A stretch of DNA of 64,000 bases from Woeseiaceae bacterium (GCA_049666725.1 JBATHK010000022.1:12947-76946); one strand, 5' to 3'. Shown: positions 38,286 through 47,303, counted from the first letter of the stretch. Notes: generated by a model not told the origin, from the sequence alone. Numbers and translations are program-made.

Positions 38286-39755
38286 TTGGCGACCACGGAC
38301 AAACGGAAAATCTGCCTGGCGACGGCCGAGCTGGCGCCGCTGGCAAAGACAGGAGGCCTTGCCGACGTCAGCGCTGCACTCTCGGCCTATCTGCATGCCG
38401 AGGGACACGATGTTCGCGTGCTGATGCCGTTCTACTCGCAAATCAGGCGTGAGAATCTCAAGGTACAGCCCGTCAGCAACCTGCAGAACCTGACCATCAG
38501 CGTCGGTCTCTGGGATATCGAGTACTCGATCGACGTCGCGACCTTGCCGGCCAGCGGTCTCCCGGTCTTCTTGCTCCGCTGCCCGGCCCTTTACGACCGC
38601 CCGGGCATCTATTCCTCCGAGGCCGACGAGCACCTGCGGTTCATCGTCCTGTCCCGCGCTGCGATCGAGATGTGTCAGCGCATGAACTTTGCACCAGACA
38701 TCTTTCACTGCAATGACTGGCACACCGCGCTGATACCGCTGTTCCTGCGCACGATTTACTCCTGGGACAGCCTGTTCGCCAGGACCCGGTCAGTCATGAC
38801 GATCCACAACATCGGTTACCAGGGTGTGTTCGGCTCCCACATCGTCGGCGACCTGAGCCTTTACGGCGGCGAACATCTTCTGCACCAGGACGACCTCGCC
38901 CAGGGTCGCATCAATTTTTTGAAGACCGGTATCCTGCTGGCCGATGTGCTGACGACAGTCAGCCCGACCTACGCGCGCGAGATCCAGAGTCCTGAGTACG
39001 GTATGGGGCTCGACGGCTATCTTCGCGCCCGTAGCGATTCACTGATCGGCATTCTCAACGGTGTCGACTACGACGAGTGGAACCCGGAAACGGACGCGCT
39101 GATTCCACAGAATTTCACGAGTCGCGATCTCAGCGGCAAGACCGCCTGCAAGCTGGAACTGATGCGCGAACTCGGCCTCGCCGGAGGAGCAGACCAGCCC
39201 GTTATCGGATTTGTCAGCCGACTCGTCGGCCAGAAAGGCATCGACCTGATGGTGAGCGTCCTGCCGCGGCTCCTGGCGCGACGCAACTTTTCGCTGGCAT
39301 TGCTCGGCAGCGGCGAGCCGCACTTCGAACTGTTTTTTCAATCGTTGCAGCGAGCGGTGCGCAAGCGCGTCGGTTTCTACCGGGGCTACAACAACAAACT
39401 CGCTCACTGGATCGAGGCTGGCAGCGACATGTTCATGATGCCGTCCGCTTACGAGCCCTGCGGCCTTAATCAACTGTACAGCCTGAAGTACGGCACGGTA
39501 CCAATCGTTCGTGAAACAGGCGGGCTTGCCGATTCAGTACAGCAGGTTAACCGGGCTTCCGGAACGGGTACCGGTGTCCTGTTTCGTGACTACGACGAAA
39601 CTGGCTTCCGCTGGGCAATTTCGAGGGCACTCGATTTGTACGAAGACCAGCCGCTTTGGCGTAAGATCATGGCTAACGGCATGGCTATGGATTTTTCCTG
39701 GCAACAGCAGGGGGCGAAGTACGTGAAACTCTATCGATACTTGTCCGGCTCATGA
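38286..39755 (+). CDS. glgA: glycogen synthase GlgA (GT5, ADP-glucose type)
   Basis: ELAPLAKTGGLADV N-terminal motif, FHCNDWHT, HNIGYQG, SRLVGQKG and PSAYEPCGLNQLYSLKYGT. The first in-frame start is TTG 38286. Confidence 0.9.
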   Translation: MATTDKRKICLATAELAPLAKTGGLADVSAALSAYLHAEGHDVRVLMPFYSQIRRENLKVQPVSNLQNLTISVGLWDIEYSIDVATLPASGLPVFLLRCPALYDRPGIYSSEADEHLRFIVLSRAAIEMCQRMNFAPDIFHCNDWHTALIPLFLRTIYSWDSLFARTRSVMTIHNIGYQGVFGSHIVGDLSLYGGEHLLHQDDLAQGRINFLKTGILLADVLTTVSPTYAREIQSPEYGMGLDGYLRARSDSLIGILNGVDYDEWNPETDALIPQNFTSRDLSGKTACKLELMRELGLAGGADQPVIGFVSRLVGQKGIDLMVSVLPRLLARRNFSLALLGSGEPHFELFFQSLQRAVRKRVGFYRGYNNKLAHWIEAGSDMFMMPSAYEPCGLNQLYSLKYGTVPIVRETGGLADSVQQVNRASGTGTGVLFRDYDETGFRWAISRALDLYEDQPLWRKIMANGMAMDFSWQQQGAKYVKLYRYLSGS

Positions 39756-40972
39756 ACGTCATATTCGTCGAGCCGTCTTTTCCGCACAATCAACGCGAAT
39801 TCGTGCGCGCGCTGCACGCGGCTGGCGCCAATGTTATTGGTATCGGCGAGCGGCCGCTCGACTATCTCGACTCCGAAGTGAAAGGCTGGCTGCACGACTA
39901 CGTGCAGATCCGCTCGGTTGTTCACGAGCCATCCTTGCTTAAGGCCGTGCAGTACGTCCAGGAACAGCTTTGGGTCGATCGCCTGGAGGCGACAATCGAA
40001 GCTCATATCATGCCGACGGCAGCTGTTCGCGAGGCGACCGGCATTCCGGGAACCTCGACCAAGACCGCGTACCTGTGTCGCGACAAGCCGGCAATGAAGG
40101 AAGCCTTGCGCAAGGCCGGTATTTCCACCGCGCAGTCAACGCGTGCATCCACCCCGCAGGACGCCCGCGATTTCGCCGCAGCGGTCGGCTACCCGCTGAT
40201 CGTCAAACCGCCGGCCGGAGCCGGCGCATCGGGCACCTATAAAGTGCGGGATGACGACAGGCTGGAAAGCGTGATCAACGAGTCAGGACTCGCGGACGGC
40301 CATGCCGTGGCAATCGAGGAATTCATCGAAGGGCATGAAGGCTACATCGACACGCTGACCATCGACGGCAAGGTCCGGCACGAGTTCATCACGCACTATT
40401 ATCCGAATGTCCTCGAAGCCATGCGCGAGCGCTGGATCTCGCCACAGATGGTAACGACAAACCGCATCGACGCACCAGGATACGCCGAGGTACGCAAAAT
40501 GACGCGCGACGTCATCCGCATCCTGGAAATCGGCACGTCAGCGACGCACATGGAGTGGTTTTTCGGTCCGAAAGGCCTCAAGTTTTCCGAGATCGGCTGC
40601 CGTCCGCCCGGCGTCGGCCAGTGGGATGTATACAACGCCGCGAACGAATTCGATCTCTATTTCGAGTGGGCCTCGGCGATTGTAAACGGCGACACGCACA
40701 CGCGTCCCTCGCGTCGCTATGCCGCGGGCATGATCGCACTCAGACCCGACCGCGATGGTCGCATCACGGGCTATTCGGGAGCCAACCGCATTCACGAGCG
40801 CTACGGCGACTGTATTGTTGCGGCTCACCTTCCGGATCCGGGCACGCCGACACAGGCGGTCGAAGCGGGCTACATGGCGAACGCCTGGCTGCGCGTGCGT
40901 CATCCGGACTACGACCATTTGCGCGGCATCCTCGACGATATCGGCCAGACGCTGAAGGTGCACGCCGGATGA
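39752..40972 (+). CDS. ATP-grasp domain ligase (paralogue 3 of 3)
   Basis: CRDKPAMKEAL, GYPLIVKPPAGAGASGTYKV, EEFIEGHEGYID and HMEWFFGPKGLKFSEIGCRPPGVGQ. ATGA overlap with the glgA stop. Confidence 0.8.
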   Translation: MNVIFVEPSFPHNQREFVRALHAAGANVIGIGERPLDYLDSEVKGWLHDYVQIRSVVHEPSLLKAVQYVQEQLWVDRLEATIEAHIMPTAAVREATGIPGTSTKTAYLCRDKPAMKEALRKAGISTAQSTRASTPQDARDFAAAVGYPLIVKPPAGAGASGTYKVRDDDRLESVINESGLADGHAVAIEEFIEGHEGYIDTLTIDGKVRHEFITHYYPNVLEAMRERWISPQMVTTNRIDAPGYAEVRKMTRDVIRILEIGTSATHMEWFFGPKGLKFSEIGCRPPGVGQWDVYNAANEFDLYFEWASAIVNGDTHTRPSRRYAAGMIALRPDRDGRITGYSGANRIHERYGDCIVAAHLPDPGTPTQAVEAGYMANAWLRVRHPDYDHLRGILDDIGQTLKVHAG

Positions 40973-42516
40973 GCGGCACGGAATCAGAGGCCGGGCAGTT
41001 CAAAGACCTGCAGCGGCAGCTGAAAAAAGTCTGGCACGAATTTCAGGAAGATCCTTTATACGCGCACACCTCGGTCATCGTGCCTTCGATGACGGTGAAC
41101 CAGGAGGAGCTTTCGAAAGTAACCGGCGCCGCGTTTTATGAAGAGCGACTGATGTTCGCGCTGATCCGCTTGCGAAACCCGAATGCGCGACTGATCTATG
41201 TTACGAGCCAGCCGGTGCATCCGGACATTGTCGACTACTACCTGCAGCTGCTTGACAGCGTCTCGGCCAGTCACGCACGCAGGCGCCTGCACATGCTGTG
41301 CGTGTTTGACGCCAGCCCGCGCCCGCTGTCGGAAAAAATTCTCGAGCGGCCGCATCTGCTGAAGCGGCTGCGCAAAATCATTGGCAATACGGATCGCGCC
41401 TACCTGACCTGCTACAACTCTACCGTGCTCGAGCGGCAGCTCGCGCTGAGTCTCGGCATCCCGTTAAATGGTCTGGACCCTGAGCTGCTCAACTTTGGCA
41501 CAAAGTCCGGCAACCGCAAGGTCTTTGCGGAAGCGGGCGTGGATTATCCGGCCGGTTTCGAGGACCTGCGCAACGTTGACGATATCGTACGTTCCTTGCT
41601 GGCGCTCCGCGAGCAGCGCCCGGGGCTCAAACGCGCCGTTATAAAGATCAATGAAGGCTTTGGCGGCGAGGGCAACGCCGTCTTCAGCTATCCGGAGGGG
41701 ACCGTTGACGACAGCAGCGTGCGGCAGGCACTGCAAAAACTTTCGTGGCTGTCGGGTGTAGAAACCTACAGCAACTTCCTGCGCAAGTTCGATGAAATGG
41801 GTGGAATTGTCGAGGAGCTCATCGTCGCAACGGAGACGCGTTCACCGAGCGTGCAGATGCGCATTCTTCCTGACGGCAGCACCCACCTCGTCTCGAGTCA
41901 TGAGCAGGTGCTTGGCGGATCGACCGGGCAGGCCTATCTCGGCTGTCGTTTTCCGGCCGACGACGATTATCGCAAGACCTTGCTGGATCATGCCAAAAAG
42001 ATCGGCGCAGTGCTGAGCGAGCACGGCATCCTCGGACGTTTCGGCATCGATTTTTTCGCGTCGCGTAACAACGGTCGCTGGGCCACGCATGCTATCGAAA
42101 TCAACCTGCGCATGGGCGGCACGACTCCGCCGTTTCACGCGCTTGAATTTCTCACGGGCGGCGAACTGAACGACGACAGCGGACTTTTCGTGGCGCCGAA
42201 CGGCCAGGCGAAGTTCTACACCGCGACCGATAATCTGAAATCGCCTGCTTACCGCGGGCTGCTACCCGAAGACCTGTTCGAGATCATCTGGCAGCACGGC
42301 ATTGGTTTCCGGCATGCGACCGGCACGGGTGTGCTTTTTTACATGATTGGCGCTTTGTCGCAGTACGGCAAGCTGGGCGTGACCTGCATCGGCAACAGCC
42401 CCGAAGAAGCGCAGCAGCTGTTCAAGCGGACCGTCAAAATACTCGATGAGAGCACGGCCGGGAAAAGACAGGGCATTATCGCACCGATGTCTGACCGCTA
42501 CTTCGCAATGGAGTAG
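40969..42516 (+). CDS. PGM1-related peptide-ligase-like ATP-grasp protein
   Basis: Start set at ATG 40969 (ATGA overlap). VIVPSMTVNQEEL, FYEERLMFALIRLRNPNARLIYVTSQPV.PDIVDYYLQLL, HARRRL and GTKSGNRKVFAEAGV match my recollection of the PGM1-related family consensus. The listed upstream extension is a shadow of the previous gene. Confidence 0.6.
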   Translation: MSGTESEAGQFKDLQRQLKKVWHEFQEDPLYAHTSVIVPSMTVNQEELSKVTGAAFYEERLMFALIRLRNPNARLIYVTSQPVHPDIVDYYLQLLDSVSASHARRRLHMLCVFDASPRPLSEKILERPHLLKRLRKIIGNTDRAYLTCYNSTVLERQLALSLGIPLNGLDPELLNFGTKSGNRKVFAEAGVDYPAGFEDLRNVDDIVRSLLALREQRPGLKRAVIKINEGFGGEGNAVFSYPEGTVDDSSVRQALQKLSWLSGVETYSNFLRKFDEMGGIVEELIVATETRSPSVQMRILPDGSTHLVSSHEQVLGGSTGQAYLGCRFPADDDYRKTLLDHAKKIGAVLSEHGILGRFGIDFFASRNNGRWATHAIEINLRMGGTTPPFHALEFLTGGELNDDSGLFVAPNGQAKFYTATDNLKSPAYRGLLPEDLFEIIWQHGIGFRHATGTGVLFYMIGALSQYGKLGVTCIGNSPEEAQQLFKRTVKILDESTAGKRQGIIAPMSDRYFAME

Positions 42517-42530
42517 CGACTGCGTTCGAG

Positions 42531-43604
42531 CTAAAACCACTTTCGGCTGCGGAAAAAAATAACCATACCGATCGCGATGGCGATCATTACAATCCAGACA
42601 AACAAGTAGCCCAGGGGCTGGCCAAGTTCCGGCATGCTGAGCGGTCCGGCGCCGCGATCGAAGTTCATTCCGTAGACGCCCACGATAAAAGTCAGCGGAA
42701 TGAAGATGGTTGCTATGACCGTCAGTACGCGCATCACATCGTTCATGCGGTTGCTGACGCTCGACAAATAAATTTCCAGCAGGCTGCCCGCCATGTCACG
42801 GTATGTTTCGAGCAGGTCTATGATCTGTATGGTGTGATCGTAGCAGTCGCGCAAATACAGGTGCGTATCCTTCTGGATTATTTCGTTGTCGTCCCTGATC
42901 AGTGAGTTGATCACCTCTCGCTGTGGCCAGAGGTTACGCCGCAGCAGGATGAGCTCCCGCCTGATCAGGTGAATCTGCGCCAGTGAATCGCGATCGGCAG
43001 ACTCCAGCACCTGCTCCTCGAGCTCTTCCAGCTGCAGACCAAATGTCTCCAGCAGCGGGAAAGCCCGGTCTATGACGGCATCCAGAAGGCCGTACATGAG
43101 GTAGTCAGCACCGCGCGTACGCATACGACCGCCGACCGCCTGTAGCCGCTTTACAATGGGCTCGAAAGGCTTGAAATCAGCTTCACAAAAGCTGATGACG
43201 TAGTTAGTGCCAACAAACAGGCTTACCTGGTGTACTTCAACAAGGCCATCGACCAACATTGGAAGGCTCATGACAACAAAGAGCTGGTCGGGGAAAGGTT
43301 CAACCTTGGGTCGCTGGCCGATGTTAAGCACGTCTTCGAGCGCCAGTGAATGCAGACTGAAGGACGCACCAAGCTCGCGCAACGCGGCTTCTGTCGGCTG
43401 GCCCTCTACATGCACCCACGTAACCGTATCGCGCTGCAGGTAAGGCTCACATTTTTCTACCGACGTGTCATCAAGGATAGAAACCTCCCTGGCGTCGTAA
43501 TCGATAAGCCGAATTCGCAGCGGCGCTGCGTCGGCCGCGCGCGCTTTCGTCAGCGTCCCGGGCGCCGTGCCAGCAGGATGATACTGTTTGTTAAATAGAG
43601 CCAT
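42531..43604 (-). CDS. corA: magnesium/cobalt transporter CorA
   Basis: 357 aa with the C-terminal YGMNF signature (GVYGMNFDRGAGPLSMPEL) and two terminal TM helices. Confidence 0.92.
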   Translation of the reverse strand: MALFNKQYHPAGTAPGTLTKARAADAAPLRIRLIDYDAREVSILDDTSVEKCEPYLQRDTVTWVHVEGQPTEAALRELGASFSLHSLALEDVLNIGQRPKVEPFPDQLFVVMSLPMLVDGLVEVHQVSLFVGTNYVISFCEADFKPFEPIVKRLQAVGGRMRTRGADYLMYGLLDAVIDRAFPLLETFGLQLEELEEQVLESADRDSLAQIHLIRRELILLRRNLWPQREVINSLIRDDNEIIQKDTHLYLRDCYDHTIQIIDLLETYRDMAGSLLEIYLSSVSNRMNDVMRVLTVIATIFIPLTFIVGVYGMNFDRGAGPLSMPELGQPLGYLFVWIVMIAIAIGMVIFFRSRKWF

Positions 43605-43720
43605 GGCGGCTGTCCTTTGCGCTCGGCAGCAATTACCAAGGTGCAGTGTTAATACATTTGCCGGATTGCGGCCGTCATGCTATCAGGGGCCAGCGTAGCT
43701 ATACAAACCAGTTCATTGCG

Positions 43721-44626
43721 ATGACAGCAAACGTGACACAAAATGCCCTTAAGCTCTCTGACCAGAAAATGACAGGTTTTCTGTCGCGACATAGGCTGCC
43801 CGCTGAGTTTCGGAGCATTGCAAAGCTGCACTACTTGCCGCTCGCGAAGCGACTGCGACAGATGCGCGACGGCAGGCGTCTGCTGCTGCTCGGCATCAAC
43901 GGCGCCCAGGGTACCGGCAAATCAACGCTCGCCGATTTTCTCTGGCTTGCGACAGAATCGATGTTCGATTGGAATGTCGCGGTTTTGTCGATCGACGACT
44001 TCTACTACACCCTTGCGGAGCGGAAAACCTTGGCCGAGGAAGTGCACCCGCTGCTAAGGACTCGTGGCGTGCCGGGCACGCATGACACCGATATGCTCGC
44101 CGGCTACCTTGAACGACTGCAGCGGCTTGGCAAAAGTGAGCACATGGCCTTGCCGCGATTCGACAAGGCTGTCGATGACCGTGCCGACGAGTCGCGATGG
44201 CCGGTCGTTAAGGGCCCTGTCGACCTCGTTATTCTCGAGGGGTGGTGTGTTGGCACCGTCGCGCAGTCCGATGCCGAACTGCAGCAACCGGTGAACGCCC
44301 TGGAACGTGACGAAGATCCTGACGGTACCTGGCGTCGCTATGTCAATGACCGGCTGAGAGCGAAATACGAACCGATTTTTAAAAAGCTCGATGCGCTGAT
44401 ATTCATTGGTGCCCCGAATTTCGATGCGATTCTCCGCTGGCGGCTGGAACAGGAAGAGAAACTCGCCGCGTCCGCGCCCTCGGGCTCGTCAGGCGTCATG
44501 AACAAGCAGCAGATCGTTCGGTTCATTCAGTTCTACGAACGACTGACGAGGGCCAACCTTGCCGCGCTCCCGGAAAGAGCCGACTTCGTTTTCAGACTGG
44601 ATGACTCGCACGCGATAGTTTCATGA
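43721..44626 (+). CDS. P-loop kinase (D-glycerate 3-kinase-like family)
   Basis: Start set at ATG 43721. Walker A GINGAQGTGKSTLA followed by SIDDFYYT and RGVPGTHD blocks. Confidence 0.65.
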   Translation: MTANVTQNALKLSDQKMTGFLSRHRLPAEFRSIAKLHYLPLAKRLRQMRDGRRLLLLGINGAQGTGKSTLADFLWLATESMFDWNVAVLSIDDFYYTLAERKTLAEEVHPLLRTRGVPGTHDTDMLAGYLERLQRLGKSEHMALPRFDKAVDDRADESRWPVVKGPVDLVILEGWCVGTVAQSDAELQQPVNALERDEDPDGTWRRYVNDRLRAKYEPIFKKLDALIFIGAPNFDAILRWRLEQEEKLAASAPSGSSGVMNKQQIVRFIQFYERLTRANLAALPERADFVFRLDDSHAIVS

Positions 44627-44686
44627 CGCGCATAGCCCGGTTGCGTCGTACAATGGGGCCTCCGTGTTCGACGAAAAGGTGACTCG

Positions 44687-45148
44687 ATGAACTTGCAAAG
44701 ACCCATTGCGGTTCTTGCTTGCGTTGTTTTAACAGCGTTGGCGCTGGCTAGCCCCGCCCCCGAGCGCGATTTAAAAAAAATAATGCAAGACCTGCGCAAT
44801 AACACCGTGGCAATGCTTGACGGTCTCCTGACGGATGACTTTGACGCCGTCGCTGTTGCCGCGAACGGTATTGCCCATCATCCAAGCATACCCGGTGCCC
44901 AGGTACAGCTGGTTGCCCAAGAACTGGGCGCCGAAATGCCGGCGTTCAAACAGCTCGATCAGCAGGTGCACGATCTGTCCCTGTCGATACTGGCCGCGGC
45001 CAAAGAACAGGATCCGGCCCGCGCCATTGCGGACTATCAGCACATGCTCAATGGCTGCCTGGCCTGCCACGCAGCTTATAAAGACCGCGTGTCAAAGGTT
45101 TTGAGTGCTGCCGATGAAACGGAAATGAAAAGCAACGATCCGTTGTGA
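44687..45148 (+). CDS. class II cytochrome c (cytochrome c-prime/c556-like), periplasmic
   Basis: Signal peptide, helical body and a single C-terminal heme motif, CLACH (NGCLACHAAYKDR), which is the class II arrangement. Confidence 0.72.
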   Translation: MNLQRPIAVLACVVLTALALASPAPERDLKKIMQDLRNNTVAMLDGLLTDDFDAVAVAANGIAHHPSIPGAQVQLVAQELGAEMPAFKQLDQQVHDLSLSILAAAKEQDPARAIADYQHMLNGCLACHAAYKDRVSKVLSAADETEMKSNDPL

Positions 45149-45157
45149 AAACCGCGC

Positions 45158-46465
45158 CTAAAGAAAGCGCATGAATATCGTTGCAATGCCGAGGAACGAG
45201 AAGAAACCCGCAACATCGGTCACGGTCGTGAGCAAAATCGACGAAGATGTAGCAGGATCCTGACCGAGGCGTGTCAGAATGATGGGAATGACCGCACCCG
45301 CGAAGCCGGCCGCGATCATTGCCAGGACCATCGAGGCCGCGATGACGCCAACCAGCGCGAGAGAGCCGCTCCAGAAATAGACTCCCAGCCCGCAGGTGAT
45401 GGCGATGCCGATGCCGTTCATGAAGCCGGCCAGCACTTCCTTGCGCATGACGCGCAGCCACTGCTTAACCGTGATCTCTCGCAAAGCAAGACCGCGCATG
45501 GTCACTGCCAACGCCTGCGCGCCGGCGTTGCCCGACTGGCCCGCGACCACGGGTAACAAAACGGCCAGGGCCGTGACCTGTGCAATCGTGCTTTCGAATA
45601 TGCCGACGACGGCCGCTGCAAGAAATGCGGTCAGCAGGTTGACCTGCAGCCACGGCATGCGTTTTTTCACGGTGAATACCGGGCTGGATAACGCCCGCTC
45701 GTCCTTGCTAGCACCAACCATCGTTTGCATGTCGACCGACGCCTGCTGCTGCATGGTCTTCGCAAGCCGATCATGTGTCACGGCACCGAGAAACACGCCG
45801 TCCAGATCGACGACCGGGATGTCGAGTACCTTGTGAGTTTCAAACGCCGCCGTAATTTCCTCGAGCGGATCTACCGGGCGCAGGGCGACGCTCAAAGGCT
45901 CTTCCAGTTCGCCCAGCGTCGTATGCGGGAACGCCAACGCCAGCTGCTGCAATGCTACTTTGCCGATGAGCTTGTGTTCGTTGTCGACGAGAAAAAGGCT
46001 GCGCGCCGTTTTCATTTTCTGCTTGCGCAGCTGTTTCAAAACCTGCTCGACAGTCATCGTGCGCCGGTAGGTGGCGACGCCGACGTCCATCAGCCGACCC
46101 GCCGTATTTGGCGGGAACGACATCATCAACTCGAGGTCCTCGCGTATCATCGGTTCGAGTCGCGCAATGCGCTGCTCGCGCTCCTCCTCAGACATACACC
46201 CAAGGATGCGCACGGCCTGTGGCGGCGGCAGCTCCTCCAGCAGTCGGTCCGTGAGCGCGTCCGGCATTTCCCGCATCAGCATTGCTGCCCGGTCCGGCAG
46301 CAAACGGCGCCAGACCGGCGTCAGAATTTTCGCCGGCTGCCGCGCCGCGGCCTCCGCCGCACTGCTGATACTGATTGATTCAATTTCGCGCGCCGCATCG
46401 AGTGGATACTCGACGAAAAACTGCCGATTCATGGCATCGGCAACGCGCAGCAGGTCAACGCTCAT
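45158..46465 (-). CDS. mgtE: magnesium transporter MgtE (second full-length copy)
   Basis: MgtE_N, a CBS pair and the TM domain with LLPVVAGQSGNAGAQALAVTMRGL and ILLTTVTDVAGFFSFLG. Confidence 0.9.
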   Translation of the reverse strand: MSVDLLRVADAMNRQFFVEYPLDAAREIESISISSAAEAAARQPAKILTPVWRRLLPDRAAMLMREMPDALTDRLLEELPPPQAVRILGCMSEEEREQRIARLEPMIREDLELMMSFPPNTAGRLMDVGVATYRRTMTVEQVLKQLRKQKMKTARSLFLVDNEHKLIGKVALQQLALAFPHTTLGELEEPLSVALRPVDPLEEITAAFETHKVLDIPVVDLDGVFLGAVTHDRLAKTMQQQASVDMQTMVGASKDERALSSPVFTVKKRMPWLQVNLLTAFLAAAVVGIFESTIAQVTALAVLLPVVAGQSGNAGAQALAVTMRGLALREITVKQWLRVMRKEVLAGFMNGIGIAITCGLGVYFWSGSLALVGVIAASMVLAMIAAGFAGAVIPIILTRLGQDPATSSSILLTTVTDVAGFFSFLGIATIFMRFL

Positions 46466-47303
46466 CGAGATCTCCCGGGCCGGACGGGCTCGTGGATGCA
46501 GGGGTTAGCAAGTCCGCCAGGCCTGTCGCGCTTGCCGCCAGCGCATCGATCATCGACTCAGCCAGTGACGGTGCGCGGGAATCGCTGTCCGCGTGCTCGA
46601 GCAGATGGGCGCGCGACAGTACCTTTCGCGACAGGGTTCCGACAACTTCACCACGCCGGGAAATGACGGGAAGCTGGTTGTAATCGTCCCACGCCTCCAG
46701 GCTCGCAACAGCGTCGAGTCGTGCGTGTGCGGAGAGCGCTACACACGACGTATCGATCTGATCGGCGAGCGGAATATGTGTCGGCCGCCGCAGCAGATTG
46801 GTCACAGTTACTGCGCCGACCAGCCTGTGCTTATCGCTAACAACCAGGACAATGTCGACGTGATCGCGCTCCATCTGCTTGATGAGTTCGAGCGCATCCG
46901 ACGTTTTGTCGTTTTCCGATAGCGTTGCAATTGCTGTGGTCATATGAGCGCCAACGGAATCAATCGGAAAGGCAAGAGACATTTCAAAATCGCGTCGCAG
47001 CCGGCGCGGCAATTCTTCGAGCAACTGATTTCGAACAGCCGGATCGATCTGGCGCAGGATCGCCGACGCTTCCGCAAAACTAAGATCACGAACGAGCGCG
47101 GCGGCCGACGTTACGCCCATTTTCTGAACCAGCTCAGACGCAGGACGCGGATTCATGTGGGCAACCGCGTCAACCGCAAACCGGGTCGGAATTGACTCCA
47201 GGAATGCAGCGGCAACGGCCGGCCGCATGGCGGCCAGAACGCGGCCAGCGGACGCCGGACGCTTCCTCATAAACGCAATGGTCAGGTCGGATGTATCAGA
47301 CAT
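46455..47303 (-). CDS. soluble MgtE_N + CBS-pair protein (MgtE cytosolic module without a membrane domain)
   Basis: 282 aa. The N-terminal helical region (AAAFLESIP..., ASAILRQIDPAVRNQLLEELP) and two CBS-like units resemble the cytosolic half of MgtE. No hydrophobic segment. 11-nt overlap with the mgtE start. Confidence 0.7.
   Translation of the reverse strand: MSDTSDLTIAFMRKRPASAGRVLAAMRPAVAAAFLESIPTRFAVDAVAHMNPRPASELVQKMGVTSAAALVRDLSFAEASAILRQIDPAVRNQLLEELPRRLRRDFEMSLAFPIDSVGAHMTTAIATLSENDKTSDALELIKQMERDHVDIVLVVSDKHRLVGAVTVTNLLRRPTHIPLADQIDTSCVALSAHARLDAVASLEAWDDYNQLPVISRRGEVVGTLSRKVLSRAHLLEHADSDSRAPSLAESMIDALAASATGLADLLTPASTSPSGPGDLDER

Noticed and set aside
38286-39755. Interpreting glgA as marking an ordinary glycogen operon
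   Set aside because: No glgB, glgC, glgP or glgX is adjacent, and the flanking coupled genes are ATP-grasp ligases. It is treated instead as part of the unusual island (see findings).
40555-40968. N-terminal 138-codon extension of the PGM1-like ORF; similar extensions at 21529-21684, 24467-24601, 25684-25746, 36211-36246 and 43646-43720
   Set aside because: The extensions overlap the preceding genes or intergenic leaders, are Arg/Ser/Pro-rich, and in each case an internal start gives a sensible N-terminus, often with an ATGA/GTGA coupling overlap.
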